Part shown: one piece after another, positions 16,716 through 25,923 of the stretch
Layout: each line of letters opens with the position of its first letter
Position numbering within the stretch: position 1 is the first letter of the stretch
NCBI RefSeq assembly: GCF_002844595.1
Contig: NZ_PJNW01000016.1
Location: 827 to 32,826, forward strand
Reading direction: 5' to 3'
Source: Pleomorphomonas diazotrophica
Lineage (GTDB): Bacteria > Pseudomonadota > Alphaproteobacteria > Rhizobiales > Pleomorphomonadaceae
DNA length: 32,000 nt
The notes under the pieces: model-generated
Told to the model about the DNA's origin: nothing
The model's input: only the letters and a program-made list of their open reading frames with translations
Database searches by the model: none
Program-made: the position numbers and the translations under genes

Positions 16716-16748
16716 CGCCCGGAGCGATCCTCCCGCTCCGGGCGTTTT
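16716..16748 (+). terminator. Rho-independent terminator closing the DeoR-linked operon
   Basis: cgcccggagcg (16716-16726) and cgctccgggcg (16734-16744) form a perfect 11-bp stem with a 7-nt loop, followed by TTTT (16745-16748). It lies 22 nt after the stop at 16694. Confidence 0.85.
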
Positions 16749-16785
16749 CCGGACGCCGGGGTGGAGCTGTCGATCCAGAGCGCTT

Positions 16786-16815
16786 TAGAAAAAAATTCTA
16801 CCCACCCCGAGAATT
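16786..16815. promoter_or_regulatory. Interleaved inverted repeats upstream of the amino-acid transporter operon (candidate regulator site)
   Basis: TAGAA-N5-TTCTA at 16786-16800 and AATTCT-N10-AGAATT at 16794-16815. Confidence 0.25.
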
Positions 16816-16904
16816 CGCCCACTTCTTGCCCATACTGCCAACCGAAATGATGCGAGGATAGGCAATCAGAAAGTTTTTCCTCCATTTTTCGGGGCAAGAA
16901 GACA

Positions 16905-17678
16905 ATGAAATCTGTTGGTCTCTGGGCGGCCGCTGCTGCCATCAATCTCGCGTTTGCCGGCGCAGCCGTAGCTGCCGACGACCTCGCCGCTGTCAAGGAA
17001 GCCGGCGTTCTCCGCATCGGCACCGAAGGTACTTATGCGCCCTTCACCTACCATGACGAGAGCGGCAAGCTGGTCGGCTTCGACGTCGAGATCGGCGAGG
17101 CGATTGCCGGCAAGCTGGGCGTCAAGCCCGAGTTCATCGAGGGCAAGTGGGACGGCCTGATCGCCGGCCTCGACGCCAACCGCTACGACACCGTCATCAA
17201 CCAGGTCGGCATCACCGAAAAACGCAAGGAGAAGTATGACTTCTCCAAGCCCTACATCGTGTCCAAGGCTGTGCTGATCGTCCGCGCCGATGACGAGAGC
17301 ATCAAGGGCTTTGCCGATCTCAAGGGCAAGAAGTCGGCTCAGTCGCTGACCAGCAACTTCGGTGCGTTGGCCACCGAAGCGGGAGCCGAACTGGTCGGCA
17401 CCAACGGCTTCGACGAGTCGATCCAGCTCGTGCTGACCCGGCGTGCCGACGCGACCATCAACGACAGCCTGTCCTTCCTGGACTTCAAGAAGCACAAGCC
17501 CGACGCGCCGGTGAAGATCGTCGCCGAAAAGGAGGAAGCCGACGCCTCCGGCATCATCGTGCGCAAGGGGCAGACGGACCTGGTCGCCGCCATCGACAAG
17601 GCGCTCGATGACATCAAGGCCGACGGTACCTACCAGAAGATCGCTGACAAGTATTTCGGGCAGGACGTGTCGAAATAA
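16905..17678 (+). CDS. Polar amino acid ABC transporter substrate-binding protein (cystine-binding FliY/TcyJ-like)
   Basis: 257-aa ORF with signal peptide ...AGAAVA/ADD. PBP3 motifs GTEGTYAPFTY, GFDVEIGEAIA and KYDFSKPY. Confidence 0.85.
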   Translation: MKSVGLWAAAAAINLAFAGAAVAADDLAAVKEAGVLRIGTEGTYAPFTYHDESGKLVGFDVEIGEAIAGKLGVKPEFIEGKWDGLIAGLDANRYDTVINQVGITEKRKEKYDFSKPYIVSKAVLIVRADDESIKGFADLKGKKSAQSLTSNFGALATEAGAELVGTNGFDESIQLVLTRRADATINDSLSFLDFKKHKPDAPVKIVAEKEEADASGIIVRKGQTDLVAAIDKALDDIKADGTYQKIADKYFGQDVSK

Positions 17679-17741
17679 TCGGTGCCCCAGGCCGGAACCG
17701 AACATCGACGTTGCGTTTTCCTGACAAGTGCTCTGAACTGA

Positions 17742-17766
17742 CCGGGGTGGCAACCTGCCGCCCCGG
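17742..17766 (+). other. Stem-loop between the binding-protein and permease genes
   Basis: ccggggtggc (17742-17751) pairs with gccgccccgg (17757-17766) in a 10-bp stem with one G-U pair and a 5-nt loop, followed by pyrimidine/U-rich ctctgctgtgtctgctttcc. Confidence 0.5.
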
Positions 17767-17804
17767 CTCTGCTGTGTCTGCTTTCCGAATTCGAGGAGTC
17801 CGAG

Positions 17805-18485
17805 GTGCCCCCCTGGCTTCATCTCATGGCGGAGTCGCTGCCTTCCCTGCTCTGGGCCGGGCTCGTCTTCACCATCCCGCTGACCCTTCTGTCTTTCACC
17901 TTCGGACTGGCGCTGGGTCTTGTGACCGCGCTGGTGCGCCTGTTCGGGCCGCTGCCGCTCGCCCTCCTCGCCCGTTTCTTCGTCTGGGTCTTCAGAGGAA
18001 CGCCGCTGCTCGTCCAGCTGTTCGTGATCTTCTATGGACTGCCGAGCCTCGGCATCTATCTCGACGCTTTCCCGGCCGCGCTGATCGGCTTCACCCTCAA
18101 CGTCGGCGCCTATGGCTCCGAGACCATCCGCGCGGTGATCTCGGCGGTTCCCAAGGGGCAATGGGAGGCCGCCTACTCGATTGGCATGAGCTGGCGGCAG
18201 TGCCTCATCCGAACCATCCTGCCGCAGGCCACCAAGATCGCCGTGCCGCCGCTCTCCAACAGCTTCATTTCCCTGGTGAAGGACACATCGCTCGCTGCCG
18301 CCATCACCGTGCCGGAGCTGTTCCAAGCGGCACAGCGCATCGTCGCCACCACCTATGAGCCGCTCATCCTCTATATCGAGGCGGCGCTGATCTACCTTGC
18401 GCTGAGCTCGGTGCTGTCGCATCTGCAGCAGCGCCTCGAGCAGCGCTTCGGCCGCTATGGTGGCAGCCTGGAGGCGAACCCGTGA
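17805..18485 (+). CDS. Amino acid ABC transporter permease (His/Glu/Gln/Arg/opine family; YecS/TcyL-like)
   Basis: 226-aa ORF. GTG 17805 has GAGGAG 6 nt upstream; ATG 17826 is an alternative. FRGTPLLVQLF and EAAYSIGMSWRQCLIRTILPQA motifs. Confidence 0.85.
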   Translation: MPPWLHLMAESLPSLLWAGLVFTIPLTLLSFTFGLALGLVTALVRLFGPLPLALLARFFVWVFRGTPLLVQLFVIFYGLPSLGIYLDAFPAALIGFTLNVGAYGSETIRAVISAVPKGQWEAAYSIGMSWRQCLIRTILPQATKIAVPPLSNSFISLVKDTSLAAAITVPELFQAAQRIVATTYEPLILYIEAALIYLALSSVLSHLQQRLEQRFGRYGGSLEANP

Positions 18486-19243
18486 TCGAGCTCAGGAACA
18501 TCGTCAAGCGCTTCGGCGAGACCACCGTTCTCAACGATATCAACGTCGCCATCGCCGAGGGTACGGTGACGGCGCTGGTCGGGCCATCCGGCGGCGGCAA
18601 GAGCACGCTCCTGCGCTGCATCAATCTCCTGGAGATTCCCACCTCCGGCACGCTCCTCCTCGGCGGCGAGAGCCTCACCTTCCGGCCGGGCCACCGACCC
18701 GGCTGGCCGGCGATCCAGGCCATCCGCCGCCAGACCGGCATGGTGTTCCAGAACTTTCAGCTCTTCCCCCACCGCACCGCCATCGAGAATGTCATGGAGG
18801 GACCGCTGACGGTGCTGAACTGGCCGAAGGACAAGGCACGGCAACGGGCCGGCGAGTTGCTCGAAAAGGTCGGCCTTTCGCAGAAGGCGGATGCCTGGCC
18901 CTCAACGCTGTCGGGCGGCCAGCAGCAGCGCGTCGCCATCGCCCGGGCGCTCGCCATGTCGCCGCGCGTGTTGCTCTGCGACGAACCGACCTCGGCGCTC
19001 GATCCGGAACTGGCGCTCGAGGTGGTGGACGTGTTGAGCCGGCTCGCCGACGAAGGCACCACCATGGTGATCGCCACACACGATCTCCGCCTCGCGTCCC
19101 GCATCGCCAGGAACGTCGTGTTCCTGGAAGGCGGCCTCGTCGTGGAAACCGGTCCGTCGCAGCAGATCTTCACCAACCCGGCCCAGGAGCGCACCAAGCG
19201 CTTCGTGTCGTCGATCACAGCGCCGCAGGTCTACGACATCTAG
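18482..19243 (+). CDS. Amino acid ABC transporter ATP-binding protein (YecC/TcyN-like)
   Basis: 253-aa ORF. GTG 18482 overlaps the permease TGA (GTGA). Walker A GPSGGGKST, LSGGQQQRVAIARAL, Walker B LLCDEPTSALD. Confidence 0.9.
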   Translation: MIELRNIVKRFGETTVLNDINVAIAEGTVTALVGPSGGGKSTLLRCINLLEIPTSGTLLLGGESLTFRPGHRPGWPAIQAIRRQTGMVFQNFQLFPHRTAIENVMEGPLTVLNWPKDKARQRAGELLEKVGLSQKADAWPSTLSGGQQQRVAIARALAMSPRVLLCDEPTSALDPELALEVVDVLSRLADEGTTMVIATHDLRLASRIARNVVFLEGGLVVETGPSQQIFTNPAQERTKRFVSSITAPQVYDI

Positions 19244-19261
19244 AGTCCAACATTCGATGCG

Positions 19262-19286
19262 GGAACCTTTTCGATTGCTGCATGTT
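19262..19286 (+). promoter_or_regulatory. EcfG/RpoE2-type general stress response promoter motif
   Basis: GGAAC (19262-19266), N16, TGTT (19283-19286). The alphaproteobacterial EcfG consensus is GGAAC-N16-CGTT. The -10 element lies about 34 nt upstream of ATG 19320. Confidence 0.45.
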
Positions 19287-19319
19287 TGCAAGCGATCCAC
19301 TGGTAACTGGAGTCGCGTG

Positions 19320-19634
19320 ATGGCCAATGCCTATGAAATCCGCGCCAACCTGGAAAAGCAGGTTGCCGATCTGATGAAAGAAGTATTGCACATCAACAAG
19401 TTGCTATCCTCGCGAGCGTCCGGCGCAATGGAAGATGCGCAAGAGGTATTCGAGGACGGCAAGGGTCATGCCCGCCACGCGGTCGCTCATGTGCGCGAAC
19501 AAGCCAATGTTGCGGTCGGCGCAATGCGCGATAATCCCGGCACTGCCGCGACCATCTTGTCGACCGTTGGTATTCTCGGCGTCGTAGCAGGCTTCGTGCT
19601 TGCCGGAATTGTCTTTGAGAATCGTCGCCGCTGA
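19320..19634 (+). CDS. DUF883 (ElaB/YqjD/YgaM-like) membrane-anchored stress protein
   Basis: In-frame part of ORF 19257..19634. ATG 19320 has TGGAG about 9 nt upstream. 104 aa: a coiled-coil N-terminus, then NPGTAATILSTVGILGVVAGFVLAGIVF as a C-terminal TM anchor, ending in basic RRR. Confidence 0.75.
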   Translation: MANAYEIRANLEKQVADLMKEVLHINKLLSSRASGAMEDAQEVFEDGKGHARHAVAHVREQANVAVGAMRDNPGTAATILSTVGILGVVAGFVLAGIVFENRRR

Positions 19635-19643
19635 GGGTTTGGC

Positions 19644-20639
19644 ATGACACGGAGGGCGGAGGAGGTCATCTACCCCACTGACGCGGGGCTTTACTGCGTG
19701 CCGGGGGACTTCTACATCGACCCGCTCCGTCCTGTTCCCCGCGCCCTCGTCACACACGGCCATGCCGATCACGCCCGTCCCGGCCATGGCGCAGTGATGG
19801 CCACCCGCGAGACGCTCGACATCATGGCGATCCGCTACGGCGACGATTTCGCCGGTAGCCGCCAGATCGCCGAGGGACCGGTCCGGATCGGGGCCGTGAC
19901 GGTGAGCTTCCATCCGGCGGGCCATGTGCTCGGCTCGAGCCAGATCCTGATCGCCCCCGATCACGGCCCACGCATCCTGATCTCGGGCGATTACTGTCGC
20001 ACGCCGAACCCGGTCTGCCAGCCTTGGGAGCCGGTTAACTGCGATATCTTCATCACGGAGGCGACCTTCGGCCTGCCGATCTTTCGCCACCCAGATCCCA
20101 TGACCGAGGCCGGACGGTTATTGACCAGCATGGCCGAGTTTCCGGGCCGCCCTCACCTGATCGGGGCCTATGCCCTCGGCAAGGCGCAGCGCGTGATCGC
20201 GTTGGCGCGGGCGGCGGGCCATCATGGCCCCATTGCCATTCATGGCGCGCTGAAACGCCTCTGCGACTATCACGTCGACCAGGGGATTGACCTTGGCCCG
20301 CTGGTTCCGGCAACCGATCCCGGCGAGGCGCAACTGATTTTGGCGCCGCCCTCGGCCTTTGCCTCACCCTGGGTGCAGCGCTTCCGCGATCCGGTTCTCT
20401 CCTACGCCTCCGGCTGGATGACCGTCCGCGCCCAAGCCCGCCGGCGCGGCATCGAGCTACCGCTGGTGATCAGCGACCATGTCGACTGGCCGCAACTGAC
20501 CGCTACCATCCGCGAACTCGCCCCACAGGAGGTCTGGATTACCCATGGCGCCGAGGACGGCCTGACGCGGTGGTGCGAGATCGAGGGCATTTCCTCCCGT
20601 CCGCTCAGGCTGATCGGCTATGAGGACGAGCCGGAATGA
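19644..20639 (+). CDS. Ligase-associated DNA damage response exonuclease (metallo-beta-lactamase/beta-CASP fold)
   Basis: 331-aa ORF with MBL motif VTHGHADHA. It starts 9 nt after the DUF883 stop, and its stop overlaps the ligase ATG (ATGA at 20636-20639). This pairing is typical of the bacterial Lhr/ligase/exonuclease/PdeM gene set. Confidence 0.8.
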   Translation: MTRRAEEVIYPTDAGLYCVPGDFYIDPLRPVPRALVTHGHADHARPGHGAVMATRETLDIMAIRYGDDFAGSRQIAEGPVRIGAVTVSFHPAGHVLGSSQILIAPDHGPRILISGDYCRTPNPVCQPWEPVNCDIFITEATFGLPIFRHPDPMTEAGRLLTSMAEFPGRPHLIGAYALGKAQRVIALARAAGHHGPIAIHGALKRLCDYHVDQGIDLGPLVPATDPGEAQLILAPPSAFASPWVQRFRDPVLSYASGWMTVRAQARRRGIELPLVISDHVDWPQLTATIRELAPQEVWITHGAEDGLTRWCEIEGISSRPLRLIGYEDEPE

Positions 20640-22195
20640 AAGCCTTTGCCCGCCTCTTGGAGCGCCTGGCCTTCACGCCCGCCCGCAATGCCAAGCTCAC
20701 CATCCTCTCGCATTATTTCCAGACCACGCCCGATCCCGATCGCGGCTATGCCCTGGCGGTTCTGACGGGAACGCTGGATCTCAGACAGGTGTCGCCCTCG
20801 CTCCTGAAACGTCTGGTCTCCGAGCGCGTGGACGAGCAGCTTTTTCGTCTGTCCTATGATTTCGTCGGCGACCTGGCCGAGACCATCGCGCTGATCTGGC
20901 CAACGGACGCGGAGGCCAGAGCGGAGGAGGTTTCCCTCTCGCAGGCGGTGACGGTGCTGCGCGAGACCGGCAAGCTGGCGCTGCCCGGCGTGATCGCCGA
21001 CCTTCTCGACCGTCTGACCCCACCCGAACGGCTGGCCCTCCTGAAGCTTGCGACGGGCAATCTCAGGATCGGCGTCTCGGCGCGGCTCACCCACACGGCG
21101 CTGGCGATGGGCACTTCCCGCAGCAGCGAGGAGATCGAGGAGATCTGGCACGGCCAAGCTGCTCCTTTCCTGCCGCTCTTCACCTGGCTCGCCGGCGGCG
21201 CGTCCCCTGCCGTGGCACTCGCACCGTTTCGCCCGGTGATGCTCGCCACCCCGATCACCCCGGAGGAGCTCGCGCCGCTCGACCCCGCTGCCCATGTTGC
21301 CGAGTGGAAGTGGGACGGCATCCGCGTCCAGGCGGTTGCCGAGGGTGGACTGCGCAAACTCTATACCCGCGCGGGAGAGGAGATCGGCACCGCCTTCCCC
21401 GACATCATCGAGGCCATGACCTTCGAGGGCGCGGTGGACGGGGAACTGCTAATCCGCCGCGGCGAGGAGATCGCGCCTTTCGGCGACCTGCAAAAGCGGC
21501 TCGGCCGCAAGTCGATCAGCCGGACCATGCTGCAAAGCCATCCGGCGGCGCTCATGCTCTACGATATACTGACCTGGGAGGGCGAGGACCTGCGCCCGCT
21601 GCCGCTTTCCGCCCGGCGCGCGCGCCTGGAATCCGCGCAGTTCGACAGTCCTCGAATAGGCCTGTCGCCGCTTCTCCCATTCGAAACCTGGGAAGAGCTC
21701 ACCCGGATACGCGCCGAGCCCCATTCCCCGGTGATCGAGGGCGTGATGATCAAGCGCCTGGACACGCCCTATATCGCCGGTCGGCCGCGCGGTCCCTGGT
21801 TCAAATGGAAACGCGATCCGATGGTGATCGATGCGGTGCTGCTTTATGCGCAGTCCGGGCATGGGAAACGCTCGGGTTTCTACAGCGATTTCACCTTCGG
21901 GCTCTGGGAGGGTGAAGAGCTGATCCCAGTCGGCAAGGCCTATTTCGGCTTCACCGATGAGGAACTGCGGGAACTCGATCGCTTCGTGCGCAAGAACACC
22001 GTCCAGCGCTTCGGCCCCGTGCGCCAGCTGGCACCCAACCTGGTGGTCGAGGTGGCGTTCGAGGGGCTGAATGTCTCGCAGCGTCACCGCTCCGGCATCG
22101 CGATGCGCTTTCCCCGCATCTCGCGCATCCGAACCGACAAGCCCGCTTCCGAAGCCGACCGGCTCGAGACGCTCAAGGCCATGCTGCGATCATAG
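20636..22195 (+). CDS. ATP-dependent DNA ligase (ligase-associated damage-response type)
   Basis: 519-aa ORF. Adenylation motif I is EWKWDGIR (Lys codon 21308-21310). Motifs FEGAVDGELL, EGVMIKR and KWKRD match nucleotidyltransferase motifs III, IV and V. OB domain at the C-terminus. Confidence 0.9.
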   Translation: MKAFARLLERLAFTPARNAKLTILSHYFQTTPDPDRGYALAVLTGTLDLRQVSPSLLKRLVSERVDEQLFRLSYDFVGDLAETIALIWPTDAEARAEEVSLSQAVTVLRETGKLALPGVIADLLDRLTPPERLALLKLATGNLRIGVSARLTHTALAMGTSRSSEEIEEIWHGQAAPFLPLFTWLAGGASPAVALAPFRPVMLATPITPEELAPLDPAAHVAEWKWDGIRVQAVAEGGLRKLYTRAGEEIGTAFPDIIEAMTFEGAVDGELLIRRGEEIAPFGDLQKRLGRKSISRTMLQSHPAALMLYDILTWEGEDLRPLPLSARRARLESAQFDSPRIGLSPLLPFETWEELTRIRAEPHSPVIEGVMIKRLDTPYIAGRPRGPWFKWKRDPMVIDAVLLYAQSGHGKRSGFYSDFTFGLWEGEELIPVGKAYFGFTDEELRELDRFVRKNTVQRFGPVRQLAPNLVVEVAFEGLNVSQRHRSGIAMRFPRISRIRTDKPASEADRLETLKAMLRS

Positions 22196-22250
22196 TGTCA
22201 GGCAGACGTTCGAGGCAGCGGCCCCATCCCGCCCGCAGGTCATCTTCACC

Positions 22251-23261
22251 TCAGGCGGCATCCTTGGCCGGATCGCCAAGACCCACCGTCAGCGCCGATC
22301 TGGCAGCCGCCTGACGAACTCTTTCGCGATAAGCCCGAAACTGGACGTCGGCGATGACACCCAAGAGGATCACGGTGCCCATCACGGCGAAGTTCAGCGA
22401 CGAGGGAATGCCCAGGAGGTTCACCAGGTTCTGCAATATCTGTAGGAGCACCACACCGAGGACGACGCCGACGATCGATCCCTCCCCTCCGCGAAGCGAA
22501 AACCCGCCGAGCACCGCGGCCGCAATGCCATAGAGTTCATAGAAGTTTCCATGCGAGGACGGCTGGACGGACTTGGTGTACATGGCGAAGAAGACGGCGG
22601 AGACGCCGGTGAGGAACATGCAGATCACATAGGCGCACACGATCACCCGCCTGGTGTCGATCCCCGAATAGCGCGCCGCCTCCTCGTTCTTCCCGACAGC
22701 AAGGAGATGACGGCCAAACACCGTCCGATGCAGGAGAAACCACGCCGCGACGGCGAACACCGCGAAGGCGATCACGGAATGGGGGACGCCCGCCGTTCGT
22801 CCGACGAAGAGATAGTCGAGCGTCGGCATGTCGGCCCCGAATGTGAAGCCGGCCGTACCGTCCTTGGTGTAGAAGCGCGCGACGCCGCGATAGATCAAAA
22901 GTCCGCACAGCGTCACGACAAATGGCTGCAGTCTGAGTCTGGTGATCAGCCAGCCATGCAGAAGTCCGATGACCACCGCCAGCGCGAGAACAACACTAAG
23001 CGCGACGGGCCATGGCACGCCGTAGGAGGCAATCAGGTCGACGAAGACGACGCCGAGAAGGGCAATGACGGAGCCAATCGAAAGTTCTATGCCGGCCGTC
23101 ACGATGACGAAGGCTTCGGCGATCGAGAAAAGGCCGAACAGGCCGATCAGGTTGGCGGTGTTGGCGAGGTTGATCGGGGAGAGGAAGCGCGGGTTGACGA
23201 TCGCGACGATGGCGCCGACCGTGATGACGAGCAGGGCTAGGCCGATATCTTTCTTGTGCAT
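22251..23261 (-). CDS. Sugar ABC transporter permease (CUT2, RbsC-like)
   Basis: 336-aa ORF with multiple TM helices. AAAVLGGFSLRGGEGS motif. AGAGGAAG upstream. Confidence 0.9.
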   Translation of the reverse strand: MHKKDIGLALLVITVGAIVAIVNPRFLSPINLANTANLIGLFGLFSIAEAFVIVTAGIELSIGSVIALLGVVFVDLIASYGVPWPVALSVVLALAVVIGLLHGWLITRLRLQPFVVTLCGLLIYRGVARFYTKDGTAGFTFGADMPTLDYLFVGRTAGVPHSVIAFAVFAVAAWFLLHRTVFGRHLLAVGKNEEAARYSGIDTRRVIVCAYVICMFLTGVSAVFFAMYTKSVQPSSHGNFYELYGIAAAVLGGFSLRGGEGSIVGVVLGVVLLQILQNLVNLLGIPSSLNFAVMGTVILLGVIADVQFRAYRERVRQAAARSALTVGLGDPAKDAA

Positions 23262-23272
23262 CTCTTCCTCTC

Positions 23273-24778
<1,506 letters not shown>

Positions 24779-24849
24779 TGGCAGCCCCTCCCCGATCGGC
24801 TGGGCCTGGCGGAAGCATGTCCGCGCAGGCCCAGGCAAGTGTCAGCGGA

Positions 24850-25797
24850 TCAGCCGCCAATGCGCTCCTTGAGTTGTTTCTCGAACGCATCGACATTGCC
24901 CTTGTCGATCACCTGCGTCGGGACGATGATCAGCCCGTCGGCCGGAATCTGCGACCTGTCGCCCTTCAGGTAGGATGCCATCAGCTTCATGCCCTGATAG
25001 CCCCACTGATAGGGATCCTGGACCACGGTTCCGGCGAAGGATCCTTCCCGAACGGCGCCGAGCGTGATCGGATCCTCGTCGAAGGCGATCACCGTGACGC
25101 TTCCGAGCTTGCCGGCCGCTTGCAACGCCTCGTAGATCTTCGGCGGGTTGTAAGAGTAGAAGCCAACCATGCAGTCGATCTCGGGATTTGCCGCAAGCAC
25201 GTCGTCGACGTTGGAGCGGGCGCGGGCGAAATCGACATCGTCGCCACGCACGTCGATGAGTTCGATCCCCTTGCCCTCGACCGCTTGGCGGAAACCTTCG
25301 ATCCGCTCCTTGGCGTTGTCCGCGCCAAGAAACCCGACGAAGCCCATGCACTTTCCGCCTTTTGGCAGGGCCTTGACGGCGATCTCGCCGGCCTGAATGC
25401 CTGCCTGCGTGTTCGACGAGCCGAGATAGGCGATGCGCTTGGACTGCGGTGCGTCGCTGTCGGTGGTAAACAGCGGCACCTGTTCGGCAATGCGATTGAA
25501 TGCATCGACGGAGCTCTTGGGATCCACCGAGGAGATCATGATCGCATCCGTCCCGGCCGCGACAAGATCGTCCATCAGGGCATTCTGCAGCGCCGCCGTC
25601 CCTTGCGCCGGATAGCGGAACTGCAGTTCGTAATCGGGGAGTTCGGCTTGGGCGGCCTTCACTCCGGCTTCGGCGAGTTTCCAGAAATCGGATGCCGCGT
25701 TCACCACGAAGGCGAGCGCCTGCTTTTCCTGTGCAAGCACTGGGGTCGCGGTCATGGTCAGGATGGCCGCAAGGGCCGCAATTGAAACTCGTTTCAT
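24850..25797 (-). CDS. Sugar ABC transporter periplasmic binding protein (PBP1, RbsB-like), copy B
   Basis: 315-aa ORF with signal peptide ...ATPVLA/QEK. GGGAGGA upstream. Type I periplasmic binding fold motifs (ISSVDP, FTTDSD, AFDEDP). Confidence 0.85.
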   Translation of the reverse strand: MKRVSIAALAAILTMTATPVLAQEKQALAFVVNAASDFWKLAEAGVKAAQAELPDYELQFRYPAQGTAALQNALMDDLVAAGTDAIMISSVDPKSSVDAFNRIAEQVPLFTTDSDAPQSKRIAYLGSSNTQAGIQAGEIAVKALPKGGKCMGFVGFLGADNAKERIEGFRQAVEGKGIELIDVRGDDVDFARARSNVDDVLAANPEIDCMVGFYSYNPPKIYEALQAAGKLGSVTVIAFDEDPITLGAVREGSFAGTVVQDPYQWGYQGMKLMASYLKGDRSQIPADGLIIVPTQVIDKGNVDAFEKQLKERIGG

Positions 25798-25923
25798 CTC
25801 ATCCTCCCGCAGCCTCTCCTCCGGCTGCCAATGTGGTGGGGTCGCGATCCGGACGCCGCATACGGCCTTCCGGATGGCTCTACGCGGTGCGATGTGGGAG
25901 ACGTTGCCTCTCCTCGGCGTCGC

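Noticed and set aside
16866-18422. 518-aa minus-strand ORF spanning the amino-acid transporter genes
   Set aside because: It is antisense to three genes with clear ABC-transporter motifs. Its translation is low-complexity (G/R/D/E/L-rich) with no recognisable domain. This is a typical shadow ORF in high-GC DNA.
25847-25875. 7-bp inverted repeat atccgga...tccggat between the two binding-protein genes, considered as a terminator
   Set aside because: The stem is short, the loop is 15 nt and there is no U-tract on the transcribed (minus) strand. It is too weak to annotate.
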